From Torpedo marmorata (Eukaryota), in NCBI GenBank assembly GCA_977017645.1, contig OZ360221.1, forward strand, positions 105,462,001 through 105,526,000: a DNA stretch of 64,000 bases, in the 5' to 3' direction. The notes beneath the pieces are model-generated. The model worked only from the letters and a program-made list of their open reading frames with translations, was not told the origin of the DNA and made no database searches. The position numbers and the translations under genes were made by a program. Positions 11,239 through 22,989 of this stretch are shown here, in pieces (positions within the stretch are counted from its first letter, which is position 1; each line of letters opens with the position of its first letter).

Positions 11239-11484
11239 CAGTGACGCCATCAGAGGGGGTGTCACCAAAATGAATCACGTGGTTTAGTCTCCACGCGCTA
11301 TAAGCACGCGCGATTGTCTGAAACGCCGGAGGGAGGGGGAAGTGTGACGGCGCGGCGGACGGAGGAGGTCCCCGCTCCCCCCTCCCAACCCCCCCCTGCT
11401 GAGTGAGTTCTCAAAGGGCAGTTTGTGCCCCCCCCACGGTTACCCTAATGCCCCCCGATTAGATCCCTTCTGATGCTGACTCTG
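11239..11484 (+). mobile_element. hAT-type MITE remnant; its right end belongs to the CAGGGTCGGCG family
   Basis: Starts CAGTGACGCCATCAGAGGGGGTGTCACC. Ends GTGCCCCC..GGTTACCCTAATGCCCC..GATTAGAT..CTGACTCTG, matching the reverse complement of 35765-35823. No TSD. Confidence 0.6.
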
Positions 11485-11744
11485 ATCTTTGTCCTAGTGC
11501 TGTGGATTGCAGTTCTCCACCCTGTTACTCATGCACGAATATGTAAGCAGGTTAAATGTTAATTGTTTCACCAATATCCTCTATCTATTAAACTGGACAT
11601 GGAACATAGAACATAGAACAGTGCAGCACAGGAATAGGCCCTTCAGCCCATGATGTCGGCACCAAACATGATGTAAATTAAATCTCTACTGTTTGCACAT
11701 GACACATATCCTTCTAATCCCTGCATATTAATGTGTCTGTCTAA

Positions 11745-11952
11745 CAGCAGTTCTCAACCTTTTTCGGTCTAAGGCCCACCTGGCTTCTGGCCTAACATGC
11801 CATGGCCCACTAGTGGCAATGACTGAGCAATATTTTGCAAGTCAAAGGCAGTTCTGTAAGAACACATTTTTATCTAATTTAAAGTATTTCATTTAACATT
11901 TTTAAAGAACAAACATGGAAACATGTTGTGGCCCACTGGTTGGGAACCACTG
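11745..11952. mobile_element. hAT-Charlie-like MITE
   Basis: TIRs CAGCAGTTCTCAACC / GGTTGGGAACCACTG, flanked by degenerate TCTA/CTAG target sequence. It interrupts the CR1. Confidence 0.8.
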
Positions 11953-12543
11953 GCTAGAAGCATCTTAAATGCTACCATTGTATCTGTTGCCATCACTACT
12001 CCTGGCAACTTGTTTCAGATGTCTCTGTGTAAATATTTTGCTCCACACTTCACAGTTCAACACCCCCCTTGTGAAAAAGACTGGCTATCTTCTCTTTTTA
12101 CGTTTCTCCTAATTTTCTAAACTTCGGTCTCCTCAGCTTTCAGAGAAAACAACTTAAGTTTGTCAACATCCAATTGCTAATACTCTCCAATCCAGACTAC
12201 ATCCTGGTGAACCTCTCTCGCACTCTCTTCAAAGCCTCCACATCCTTCCTGTAATATGGCAACCAGAAATACATCCAAGTGCAGCTTAATTGAAGCTTTA
12301 AAAAAACTTCCTTACTTTTATACTAATGCTCCAACCAATAAAGACAAGCATACAACACGCCAGAGTGAAACACGCTGCAGATGCTGCATACAATATACTA
12401 TCTTTACCACTATATCTTCTGAAACTTTCAGGGAGCTACGGACTTGGCCCCCAGATCCCTCTGCACATCAAAGCTATTAAGGGTCCTGCCATTAACTGCG
12501 TATGTCCCCTTACATTTGACCTCCCAAAGAGCAACACCTCATA

Positions 12544-13414
12544 TTTAAGTAAAACACAAAAGTCTGCAGACACCGTGGTTGAAGTAAAAACACCATGCTG
12601 GAGAAACTCAGCTGGTTAAACAGTGTCCTTTATATAGCAAAGATAAAAATACATAACCGACGTTTCGGACTTGAGCCCTTCATTAAGGAATGGAAAAATG
12701 TCGGCAGGCGTCCAAATAAAAAGGTAAGGGGGAGGCGTGGTCACAAAGGCAGGAGGTAATAGGTGGAGAAAGGAGGGAGGGTACAGCAGCAAGCAAGGGG
12801 AGGAGGGATGGCTAGGTGAATAGAGAGGGAAGGGGGTGGAGAGCTGAGGGAAAGAAGACAGGGGGAAGGGAAGGGAAGGGGAAAGGAGAGCAGGTTAGCA
12901 GAAACCGTAAAATCAGGAGTTGTTCCTCTAATTCACGGGTGGTCTTGGTGGGATAGTACATGAGGCCAAGGACAGACATGTGAGTATGGGAGTGGGGCAC
13001 AGAACTGAAATGGAGGAACAACACCTGATTTTCCATTGGGGCACTCTCCAGCCGGATGGCATTAACATCGACTTTTCCGGTTTCTGCTAACCTGCTCTCC
13101 TTTCCCCTTCCCTTCCCTTCCCCCTGTCTTCTTTCCCTCAGCTCTCCACCCCTTTCCCTCTCTATTCACCTAGCCATCCCTCCTCCCCTTGCTTGCTGCT
13201 GTACCCTCCCTCCCTTCTCCACCTATTACCTCCTGCCTTTGTGTCCACGTTGCCCGCCTTACCTTTTTATTCAGACGCCTGCCAACATCTTTCCATAATT
13301 TTTCCATTCTTTGATGAAGGGCTAAAGCCCAAAACGTCGGTTATGTATTTTTATCTTTGCTATATCAAGGACACTGTTTGACCAGCTGAGTTTCTCCAGC
13401 ATTGTGTTTTTACT
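12544..13414. mobile_element. Penelope-like element with inverted pseudo-LTRs and a GIY-YIG C-terminal fragment; 11-bp TSD
   Basis: TSD AACACCTCATA at 12533-12543 and 13415-13425. Inverted arms of ~350 bp. Coding remnants HSHTHMSVLGL..RELEEQ (minus) and EEQHLIFH.GTLQPDGINIDFSGF (plus). Confidence 0.92.
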
Positions 13415-13529
13415 AACACCTCATACTTATCCAGATTAAACTTTGTCTACATTACATTATAACTGAGCTAGATCCTGCTGTATTCTTTGATAACCATGAA
13501 CATAATCCACAACTCCACCAATCCGAAAA

Positions 13530-16500
13530 ATGATTTATCTGCAAAGAAGACCACCCCTCCTCCAAATGATCAGGTGCTGTGTTTTACAGTGGCCGACGTG
13601 AGGAGAGTGTTAAGCAAGGTTAACCCTCAGAAAGCTGCTGGTCCAGATAACATTCCCGGCAGAATGCTCAGGGGATGTGCGGCCCAGCTGGCAGATGTTC
13701 TCACCGACATCTTTAACATCTCCCTGAGCAGTGCCGTGGTTCCAAAGTGCTTCAAAGCCGCTACCATCGTCCCCGTGCCAAAGAAGTCGACGGTGTCCTG
13801 CCTCAATGATTACCGCCCTGTCGCACTCACATCTACTGTCATGAAGTCCTTCGAGAGGCTCGTCATGAGGCACATCAAGCTTCTGCTGCCCCCCTCACTG
13901 GACCCCCTGCAGTTCACATATAGATCAAACCGCTCTACGGATGATGCCATCATTACCACCCTCCATCTAGCCCTCACCCACCTGGAAAATAAGGACGCGT
14001 ATGTTCGAATGCTGTTTATTGACTTCAGCTCGGCATTCAACATGATCATACCTCAGTACCTGATAGGGAAGTTGAGCGGGCTGGGCCTAAACAACACCCT
14101 CTGTAATTGGATTCTAGACTTCCTGACGGGAAGACCTCAGGCAGTCCGGATTGGAAACAGCACTTCTAAGGTCATTACATTGAGCACGGGGGCTCCCCAG
14201 GGCTGTGTGCTTAGTCCATTGCTGTTCACTCTGCTGACTCATGACTGTGCAGCAAAACACAGCTCGAATCACATCATCAAGTTCGCTGATGATACGACCG
14301 TGGTGGGCCTTATCAGCAAGAACGATGAGTCAGCATACAGAGATGAGATGCAGTTGCTAATGGAATGGTGCGGAGCCAACAACCTGCATCTGAATGTAAA
14401 TAAAACAAAAGAGTTGGTTGTCGACTTCAGGAGAGCCCAGGGGGATCATTCTCCATTGACCATGGATGGCTCTACCGTTGAGGTTGTAAAGAGTACCAAG
14501 TTTCTTGGAGTGCACTTGGCGGAGAATCTCACCTGGTCCCTCAACACCAGTACCATAGCCAAGAAAGCCCAGCAGCGCCTTTACTTCCTGCGAAGGCTGA
14601 GGAAAGTTAATCTTCCACCCTCTATCCTTACTACATTTTTTTTCTCAGTATTTACTGAGGAGAAGGATATTGAACTGTGCAGGGTAAAGGAAGTAAAGTG
14701 GGTATATATGGAGACTATAGTGATTAAGAAAGAGGAAGTACTGAAGCTTTTGAAGCATATAAAGGTGGATAAGTCTCCAGGCCCTGACAGGATTTTCCCC
14801 AGGACCTTGAGAGAAGTTAGTGAGGAAATAGCGGAGGCTCTGGCAATAATTTTTCAAATGTCATTAGAGACGGGTATAGTGCCAGAGGATTGGCGTGTTG
14901 CACATGTGGTTCTTTTGTTTAAAAAGGGTTCGAGGAGCAAGCCTAGCAATTATCGGCCTGTAAGTTTGACGTCTGTGGTGGGTAAATTAATGGAAAGCGT
15001 TCTTAGAGATAGTGTGTATAAATATCTGGAGAGTCCGGGTCTGATCAGGGACACTCAACACAGATTTGTGTGTGGAAGGTCATGTTTGACCAATCTTGTT
15101 GAATTTTTTGAAGAGGTGACTAGGAATGTTGATGAAGGTAGAGCAGTGGATGTTGTCTATATGGACTTCAGTAAGGCCTTCGATAAGGTTCCGCATGGGA
15201 GGTTAGTTAGGAAGCTCAGTCGTTAGGTATTCATTTGGAGAGTCAATTGGATTCAACAGTGGCTGCAAGGAAGGTGCCAGAGAGTAGTAGTGGATAATTG
15301 TTTGTCAGGATGGAAGCCGGTGGCAAGCGGTGTGCCTCAGGGTTCGGTATTGGGACCATTGCTGTTTGTCATATACATTAATGATCTGGAGGATGGAGCG
15401 GTAAATTGGATTAGTAAATATGCAGATGATACTAAAATAGGGGGAATTGTGGATGATGAGGGTTTTCAAAGATTGCAGAGGGATTTGAACTGCTTAGAGG
15501 AGTGGGCTGAAAGATGGCAGATGGAGTTTAAATGCTGATAAGTGTGAGGTGCTTCATTTTGGAAAGAATCATCAAAACAAGACATACGTAGTAAATGGGA
15601 GGTCATTGAAGAATGCAGTGGAGCAGAAAGATCTAGGAATAACGGTGCATTGTTCCCTAAAGGTAGGATCGCATGTGGATAGGGTGGTGAAGAAGGCCTT
15701 TAGTATGCTTGCCTATATAAATCAATGCATAGAATATAGGAGTTGGGAAATGATGATGAAACTGTACAAGGCATTGGTGAGGCCAAATTTGGAGTACTGT
15801 GTGCAGTTCTGGTCACCGAATTATAGGAAGGATATCAACAAAATAGAGAGAGTGCAGAGAAGATTTACAAGAATGTTGCCTGGGTTTCAGCATCTGGAAT
15901 ACAAAGAAAGATTGACCAAATTAGGTTTTTATTCGTTGGAACATAGAAGGCTGAGAGGAGATTTGATAGAGGTATTTAAGATTATGAGGGGGATAGATAG
16001 AGTTGATGTGGATAGACTCTTTCCATTGAGAGTAGGAGAGATGGATACAAGAGGTCATGGGTTGAGAGTTGACGGGAAAAGGTTCGGGAGTGACATGAGG
16101 GGGAACTTCTTTACTCAGAGAGTGGTTGATGTGTGGAATGGGCTTTCGGGAGAGGTGGTGGAGGCAGGGTCAATTCTGTCATTTAAGGAAAAATTGGATA
16201 GGTATATGGATGGGAGGGGAATGGAGGGATATGGGAAGGGTGCTGGTAGGTGGGATTAGAGGAGGGATCGGTGCGGGCTAGAAGGGCCGAACTGCCCTGT
16301 TTCCGTGCTGTAGTTGTTATACGGTTATATGGTTACATTCTACAGGGGATGTGTTGAGAGTATTCTGAGCAATTGCATCACCGCTTGGTTTGGAAACTGT
16401 ACCATCTCGGATCGAAAGACCCTGCAGAGGATAGTGGGGTCAGCGGAGAAAATTATTGGTGTCTCTCTTCCCACCATGACGGACATCTACAACACACGAT

Positions 16501-16817
16501 GCATGAGGAAGGCTAATAACATTGTGAAGGACTTCTCACACCCCTTTTGTAAACCTTTTTCCCTTTTGCCACCTGAAAGGAGGTACCGAAGCACTCAGAC
16601 TCGTACGTCCAGATTGTGCAACAGTTTTCTCCACCAAGCCATAAGGCTCCTCAATGTTTAGATATATATGTGTATTAGCATGTTATAGTTTTTTTAATTG
16701 TATTATGATATTTATGTACATTTGCCCATGGTCCTGGAGAAACGCTATCTCATCTTACTGTGTATATGGTAATGAACGACAAATAAAGGTGACTTGACTT
16801 GACTTGACTTGACTTAC
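13530..16817 (+). mobile_element. Rex1/Babar LINE, 5'-truncated, with an intact RT domain, interrupted by a CR1
   Basis: Open frame through RT ([33 protein letters not shown]) up to ILTTF. It resumes at 16334 with TFYRGCVESIL...AIRLLN and ends in AATAAAGGT(GACTT)n. Confidence 0.95.
14638..16333 (+). mobile_element. CR1 (HER1-like) LINE, 5'-truncated, with frameshifts
   Basis: [56 protein letters not shown]. 3' tail (GGTTATAT)n. TACATT is duplicated at 14632-14637 and 16334-16339. Confidence 0.95.
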
Positions 16818-17149
16818 TATAATCTGTAAACTTACTCATCCATCCACCTACTTTTTCATCCAAATCATTCATATACCTATCACAAACAGCAGGCTTCCCT
16901 AAAGTGATCCCTGCGGAACATCACAATTCATGAACCTGCACTGGAATAACACTCTTCCACCACTACCCTCAGTCTTTGATGTGCCAGCCCATTCCGTATC
17001 GACACTATCAATTCACCATGGATCCCGTGCATCTTCTGGATCAACCTACCATGAGGGACATTGTTAAATGGCTTACTGGAGTCCATGCAGACAACACAAT
17101 CCTCCCTACCCTCATCAAGACACTTTCTCAAAAAAAAAAATCACATTTG

Positions 17150-17560
17150 TTATACATGTGACCGAACACTGATTTTGTTTTGGCTTCCATCATCACATTT
17201 TCATTGATCTCCATCCTATTACATACTTTCCCTTTGTTCTCTCCAGCTCTCTCTGCACCGTAAGACATCTCTGATTTCCACTGAAACACAAAAAAAACTG
17301 CAAGTGTGAGAAATTTGATTCTACTTTTAATGTAAGTTTGTTCATTGAACATATTTTTCTCTTCCCAGATGCTGCCTGATCAGTTTGTTGAATCCAGCAT
17401 TCTCATTTCCTATTTCTAGCAAATATGGTCATTTGATTACAACCCCTCCCTACCTGGGCATACTTCTGCAACATAAAACAGATTTGTTTCTTATTGAATA
17501 ATAGCTGACAGGATTTCCATATTTTATTTCAGATTTTCAGCATCTGTGACATTTTGCTTT
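17150..17560 (+). mobile_element. Old Penelope-like terminal remnants
   Basis: CAGATGCTGCCTGA...TCCAGCATT and TTCAGATTTTCAGCATCTG motifs, resembling the other Penelope termini. Confidence 0.5.
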
Positions 17561-18099
17561 GGTTGATGTATTTTGTGATCAATATATCCTTCACCAGAAA
17601 TATCTATTTGAAATGAAGGGCCTCGGAATGCCTAAACAAATTCAAGAAGGTATCACACTGATATCCCCTCCAGCCTCTCTGCTGGGAAAAAAAAAATCGA
17701 ACATTTATATTGGGTCCAAATTGGTGTGTGCATTTCAGATTCTCTCTCTTATCCTGAAATGGCCTTTCATCATTTAGGTAATCATGGAATCTTAGAATTA
17801 CAAAACTATTACTAACAGAGGCCATTTGACCCATCAAGCTCCTGACAGCCTTTTATAAGATGATTTCAGTTAATCTGTATCATATTTACACAATTTTATT
17901 CTTCAAGTATTTATTCACTTTACATTTTCTTCTGCAAGAGAGTAAATTCCTGATCCAATCAACTCACTGCATTAAAAAGTTGTACTTTGGTGACCTTTGA
18001 TTCTTTTGCCAATTGTTTTAATTGTGTATGCTGTTTTTTCACCAAAGAAACAGTTTAGCTTTATGTTTACTTTGACTTCTTACAATACGGATTGGGAAA

Positions 18100-19670
18100 T
18101 TATTCCAAAAATCTTCAGGATTAATCTGCACTTGGAAAGGCAGGGATCATCAGCATGGCTTTTCTTGGGGAAATCCTGTCTGATACTTCTGTTGAATTTT
18201 TTGAAGCAACAAAACATATTGATGAGGGCAGTGCAGATGATGAAGTCAGATGGATTTCTGTAAGTCCTTTAACAAATTCACACATGTGAAACTGGTCCAA
18301 AATGTTAGAGCACATAGGACCTGGGGCAAGGTAGCAAAATGAATCCAAAATTGGCTTGATAATAGGAGACAGATGAGAGTGGTGGAGGGTATTGTGTGAT
18401 TAGAAGCCTGTGGTCAGTGGTCCACACAACGATTGGAAGCCTGCTGAGATCAGTAGTGTACACAACGATTAGTGCTGGGAACATTACTATTTTATGTATT
18501 AACAATGTGGATCTAAATGTAACAGGATGAATGAGTTTGTCTCAGTAAAGGGTCCCAACCCTAAATATTGACTGACCATTTCTATCCATGGATGCTGCCT
18601 GACCCATTAAGTCCCTCCAGCTGGAGACACAGATGAGACTTCAGATGCAGGAATCTGAAGATAAACATTATCTGCTGACGGAACTCTGCAGATCAAGCAT
18701 CAGTGGGAGAAAAAGAATGATCGGCGTTTCAAATCTCCTTATCAGGACTGGTGTCACTCCAGCTTCTCTTTGTTTCCTTAAGGTTCCAGCATGTGCAGTT
18801 TTTGTGTTTGTTGAATAAGCTTGAATATAATAAAAATCAGTTGTGTTGTTGATAATGAGGAGGATAGCTGTAGACTACAGGATGATATTGATCAGTTGGT
18901 AAGATGTGCAAAGTAACGGCAGATAGAATTTAATCCTGATAAGTACGAGGTGATGCATTTTGGTTAGATATACAAAGGTAGGACATATAAGATAAATGGC
19001 AGGGCCTTTGGGAGTATTAAGGAACTGAGGGACCTCATCATATAAGTCAAAGAATCCTTGAAGGTGGCAGCACAGGTAGCTTAGGTGGTGAAGAAGGCAT
19101 CTGGGATGCCTATCTTTTAAGCCAGCTCATACAATATAAGATCAGGGCGGTTATGATACAACTTTTTATATACTGTTTGGGCATAGCTGGTGTTCTAGTC
19201 AGCACACTAAATGAAGGACATGGTTGCGGTGGAGCAGGTGCAAAGGAAATTACCAGGATGTTCGCTGGGATGGAGTGTTTTACTTCTGAGACTGGATAGG
19301 CTGCTTTTCTTTCTTTGCAATGGAGAAGGATGGATAGGGGGGCCTGATATAAAATTATGAGGCACAATGATGAGGGAGATGGAATATTTTTCCCCATAGC
19401 AAAGGTATCAGAAACTGAATAATATAGGTTTAAGGTAAGGGATTTTTGTTTACACCCAGAGAATGATCTGAAATGTATCCCTTCAGTAAGTGGTGGAGAC
19501 TGGCATTATCACAACAGTGAAGAAGTATCGAGATGTACACTTGAATCGCCAAGGTAGAGAAAGCAATGGACCAAGTGCTGAAAAATGGGATTAGTATAGA
19601 TTAATATTTGTTAATTGACTTGGGCATGGTGGCTGAAGGGTTTGTTTCTGTGCTGTGTGACTCCATGACT
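18100..19670 (+). mobile_element. Old CR1 LINE with an embedded Penelope remnant (~18535-18815)
   Basis: Degraded RT landmarks (CAGCATGG, GAATTTTTTGA, GGCAGATAGAATTTAATCC, GTGGTGAAGAAGGCAT) and 3' end GGCTGAAGGG..TTTCTGTGCTGT. The insert contains GGATGCTGCCTGACCC. Confidence 0.75.
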
Positions 19671-21029
19671 ATCATTTTATCAATAATTAAAATTGGCATA
19701 TAGTTTTTGTTTGACTTTGTTAAAGGTACCAAGACATTTCACAAGTGTTAACAAATAATATTTGATATTGTCATTTAAGGATTTATTACGGGGAGACAAA
19801 TCAGTTTCTGAAGAGATACAGAGGGAGACAATGTAAATGGTGGCTTACATTTCCAGCCAGTGTTCAGCAGTGTTACATAGGAAAATATAAATATAACAGA
19901 ATTTAGTTTAACTTCCTTAGTAATTAAAATAAAAAAAGTTTCAGCTGTTTCAGTTTAACTTAAAGATTTTTTTTAAAAATCATGTTGTTTTACTGTTATA
20001 TTTGCATTTTTTCTTAATTTTAACCTTTATGATGAAATAAAATCTGAACCTGCTGGGGTAATTCAGGAAAAATTCTAAATGTTGGGCTCACTGCAAGGCA
20101 GTGCAAGGCAGGTTACGTGTAAAATACCTTGTATTCATCCTTCCTGTCCTCTGTCTATAGATGGGCAATGTCCACAATATGTGTGTCATCTCTTTGTGCA
20201 AATTAATTTTTACACTGCAGCAAGAGATTTTGCTGGAAATACAGTGGCACAACCAGGGATGTAGCTCATGAGACCTGAGTGCTTGCAAGGTTCCCAAAAA
20301 ATAAGCTGGTTTATTTACCCTCTATGACGCTCTGATCTGAAGGGGTTATTCAAAAGAAAGCCAATGCAATTTTTAAACTGAAACACTGGAAATGAACAGT
20401 TCTTGGCTATAGTGCAAAAGCAAACAAATTATTCAAGAAGAATAACTGAAGTTAAAGACTGCAAAAATGTGATAATGCTCCAGTCGAGGTGATGGGGTAA
20501 CTCCCCCTCCTGTCAAGCTCAGTAAATCACTGCTGAGCCTAATCAAAAACGATTGAAACCATAATATTGATAAATCACTGTTCTTCATTCACTGCTTTCA
20601 TTAGATGTTGTGATGGTTTGTTTCTTCTGCTCTTTAAGTAGAGAGTCTGCTGGGTCACTTGATTTTGTTTGCTGAACAATATATCATTTGCCGTAAGTAA
20701 CGTGGCATGATGAATCATCTTGAGGATATGGATATAGTTCCAAAAGAAGCTTAAATGCTTGGCATTTCTGGGTAAGATCAGTAAATGGATCATTAATTGC
20801 CCTATTGCACCATTCACTTACTAATCTTCATCACTGCTCAATTAATTACACCCCCATTACTAATCATCGGCAATTTCTATCAGTTTGAATTCATATTTGA
20901 CATTCAAATGCTTCACCAAACGTCATTAATAATTACCACTGCTTCAGTACTGACATTCACACCTCAATACTTGCACACACCAATTGCTATCCAACCTACA
21001 CATTTACGTGATCCATTATGTTCTCTAGC

Positions 21030-21860
21030 ACAAACAAAGAAATGCTGGAAGAACTCAGCAGGTCAGACGCCACCATGGGTAGAAATGGTTGGTCAAAATT
21101 TTGGGTCTGGACCCTTTATCAAGACTAAAGGGAAGGGGGTGATATTACATATATAAAGTGGGGGGGGAGAAGCTGAAGGAGGTTACAGGACAGAAGGTGT
21201 GAGAGGTGGAGAGACAGGTAGAGGGAGAGACTACTAGGAAGGCAAGAGGAAGAAAAGTTAGAGTGAGGGGGAAACAGAGTGTAGGTGTTCGGTGAAGTGG
21301 TTACCCAATCTGTGTTTGGCCTCAACTGAAGCTTCTTGTAGCCAATCGTTTTAACTCCTCCAACCAGTCCAATAACAACATATCTGTTCTTGGTCACATC
21401 CATTGTTAGGGTGAGGCCAAATGTAAACTTGAGGAATAACACACCATATTCCTTCTAGACAGCCTTAAACCTAATGGCATGATTATTAATTTTTCTAATT
21501 TTAGGTAAACTCCAACCCAACTGATTTCACTGTTTCCATTTCTTTTTTTCATACTCCTGTACTTATTATTTTTCATCTCTCTCTAACTTTTTTTCCTCCC
21601 CCTTCTTCATAGTGTCTCTCCCTACATTTATCCATCCACCTCTCATACCTTCTATCCTATCACCTTTGGGCCCTTTGCCCAGCTTCTTTCCCACTTTATG
21701 AATATAATATCACCCCTTTCCTCCAGTCTTGACAAAGGCTCCAGATCCAAAATGTTGACTGACCATTTCTACCTATGGATGCTGCCTGACTTGCTGAATT
21801 TCGCCAGCAATTCTTTGTCCGCTCAAGATACCAGCATTGCCAGCTTTTGTATTTCTCCAA
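21030..21860. mobile_element. Older Penelope-like element with inverted termini
   Basis: Left arm AAATGCTGGAAGAACTCAGCAGGTCAG versus right arm CTGACTTGCTGAATTTCGCCAGCAA. Central GIY-YIG tail remnant (AAACTTGAGGAATAACAC..CCTAATGGCATG). Confidence 0.8.
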
Positions 21861-22989
21861 TGTTCTCCAGCACACTTCGCTCTCTCTTGCAGACACACAG
21901 CCAAAACCACCAGAGACTACATGTGTTAACCTGCAATGTCTGGTGTCCTATAGCGAATAGAGCAACATTGTGTGCAACTCAAGCACAACTCACTTAGTGT
22001 CTCAATGTTTCAGTAAAAACTTTCACCCTGGCACTTGACTGAGAAATGCAATTTTGAAAGAAACTTACAGGACATTACAACCATCCACCAATCTGCCCAA
22101 CAGCAGATCACCAGGGTTGCTGAGGTGCATTCCCTTTGGAATGGTAAGGGAGCCTTTGACTGTATCCCTGCTGAGCTTTGTCAGGATGACAGATGGTGCT
22201 GATGACTACAGCATCATATGGTAAGCTGGATCTGTAGTCATTCAGCATACTGCTGCTAATATACAACATAATGGATTCTGTCCATGATCTTCTCAAGGGA
22301 ATTTACCAATACTTCTATGTTATCAGTTTGCTTATCCCACTTGGAACTATCATACCAGCTTCATTCGTATGAAACATAGTAAATGGTGCCAGTAGTTAAA
22401 TACAGTTCACACTGTTTAAAGCCAGCCTGCAGCTCTTATAGGGGGGATGATTGTGACTGGATCATTTGCGACAGGGTAGGTTCTGGGCCCAAGGTCAAAG
22501 TAAGTTTTTTTTTTCCTCTTGGTTGCTCCTCACATCCTACTGTAGAACCAACTAAGCCATTTGGAATAGCTCTGAACAACTCTGATGAGAAACATCAAAG
22601 TGTCCCACCCACCCATAAGAAAACAATGTTGGACTATTCGAATACTGATTCTTCATTGCCAGAGGATGGTAATCTCTTCAGCTAATTAAACCAGGAATAA
22701 ATAGCTGGTGACCAAGAGGCTTGTCCTTGCTTGCATTTGACTTGTTGCCATAAAGGATACACTAGGTGTGAAATTACAGATTATGGCGGAAAACAATTGT
22801 GTTAGTAATGATAGCTGCAGGGCTGCATGACTAATAGTGTTCTAGACTTATTGTCGAGGAACCTAGGACATCTCCATCCACATTGCAGCCAGCTGAGATG
22901 CATCAGTTCTGCTGGTGGGAACTTGACCGGTCCCCTAACAATAGCATAGGTGCCTGTTACTGCTAAAGAGAGCTACAAATGTCGCTTAA

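Larger units (their letters stand above)
11598..17126 (-). mobile_element. Old CR1 LINE split into pieces (11598-11744, 11953-12543, 13415-13522, 16818-17126) by younger insertions
   Basis: 3' tail (AACATAG)n..CAGCACAGGAATAGGCCCTTCAGCCCA. The RT remnant at 16928-17131 (DEGREDCVVCMDSSKPFNNVPHGRLIQK) is colinear across the insertions. Confidence 0.8.
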
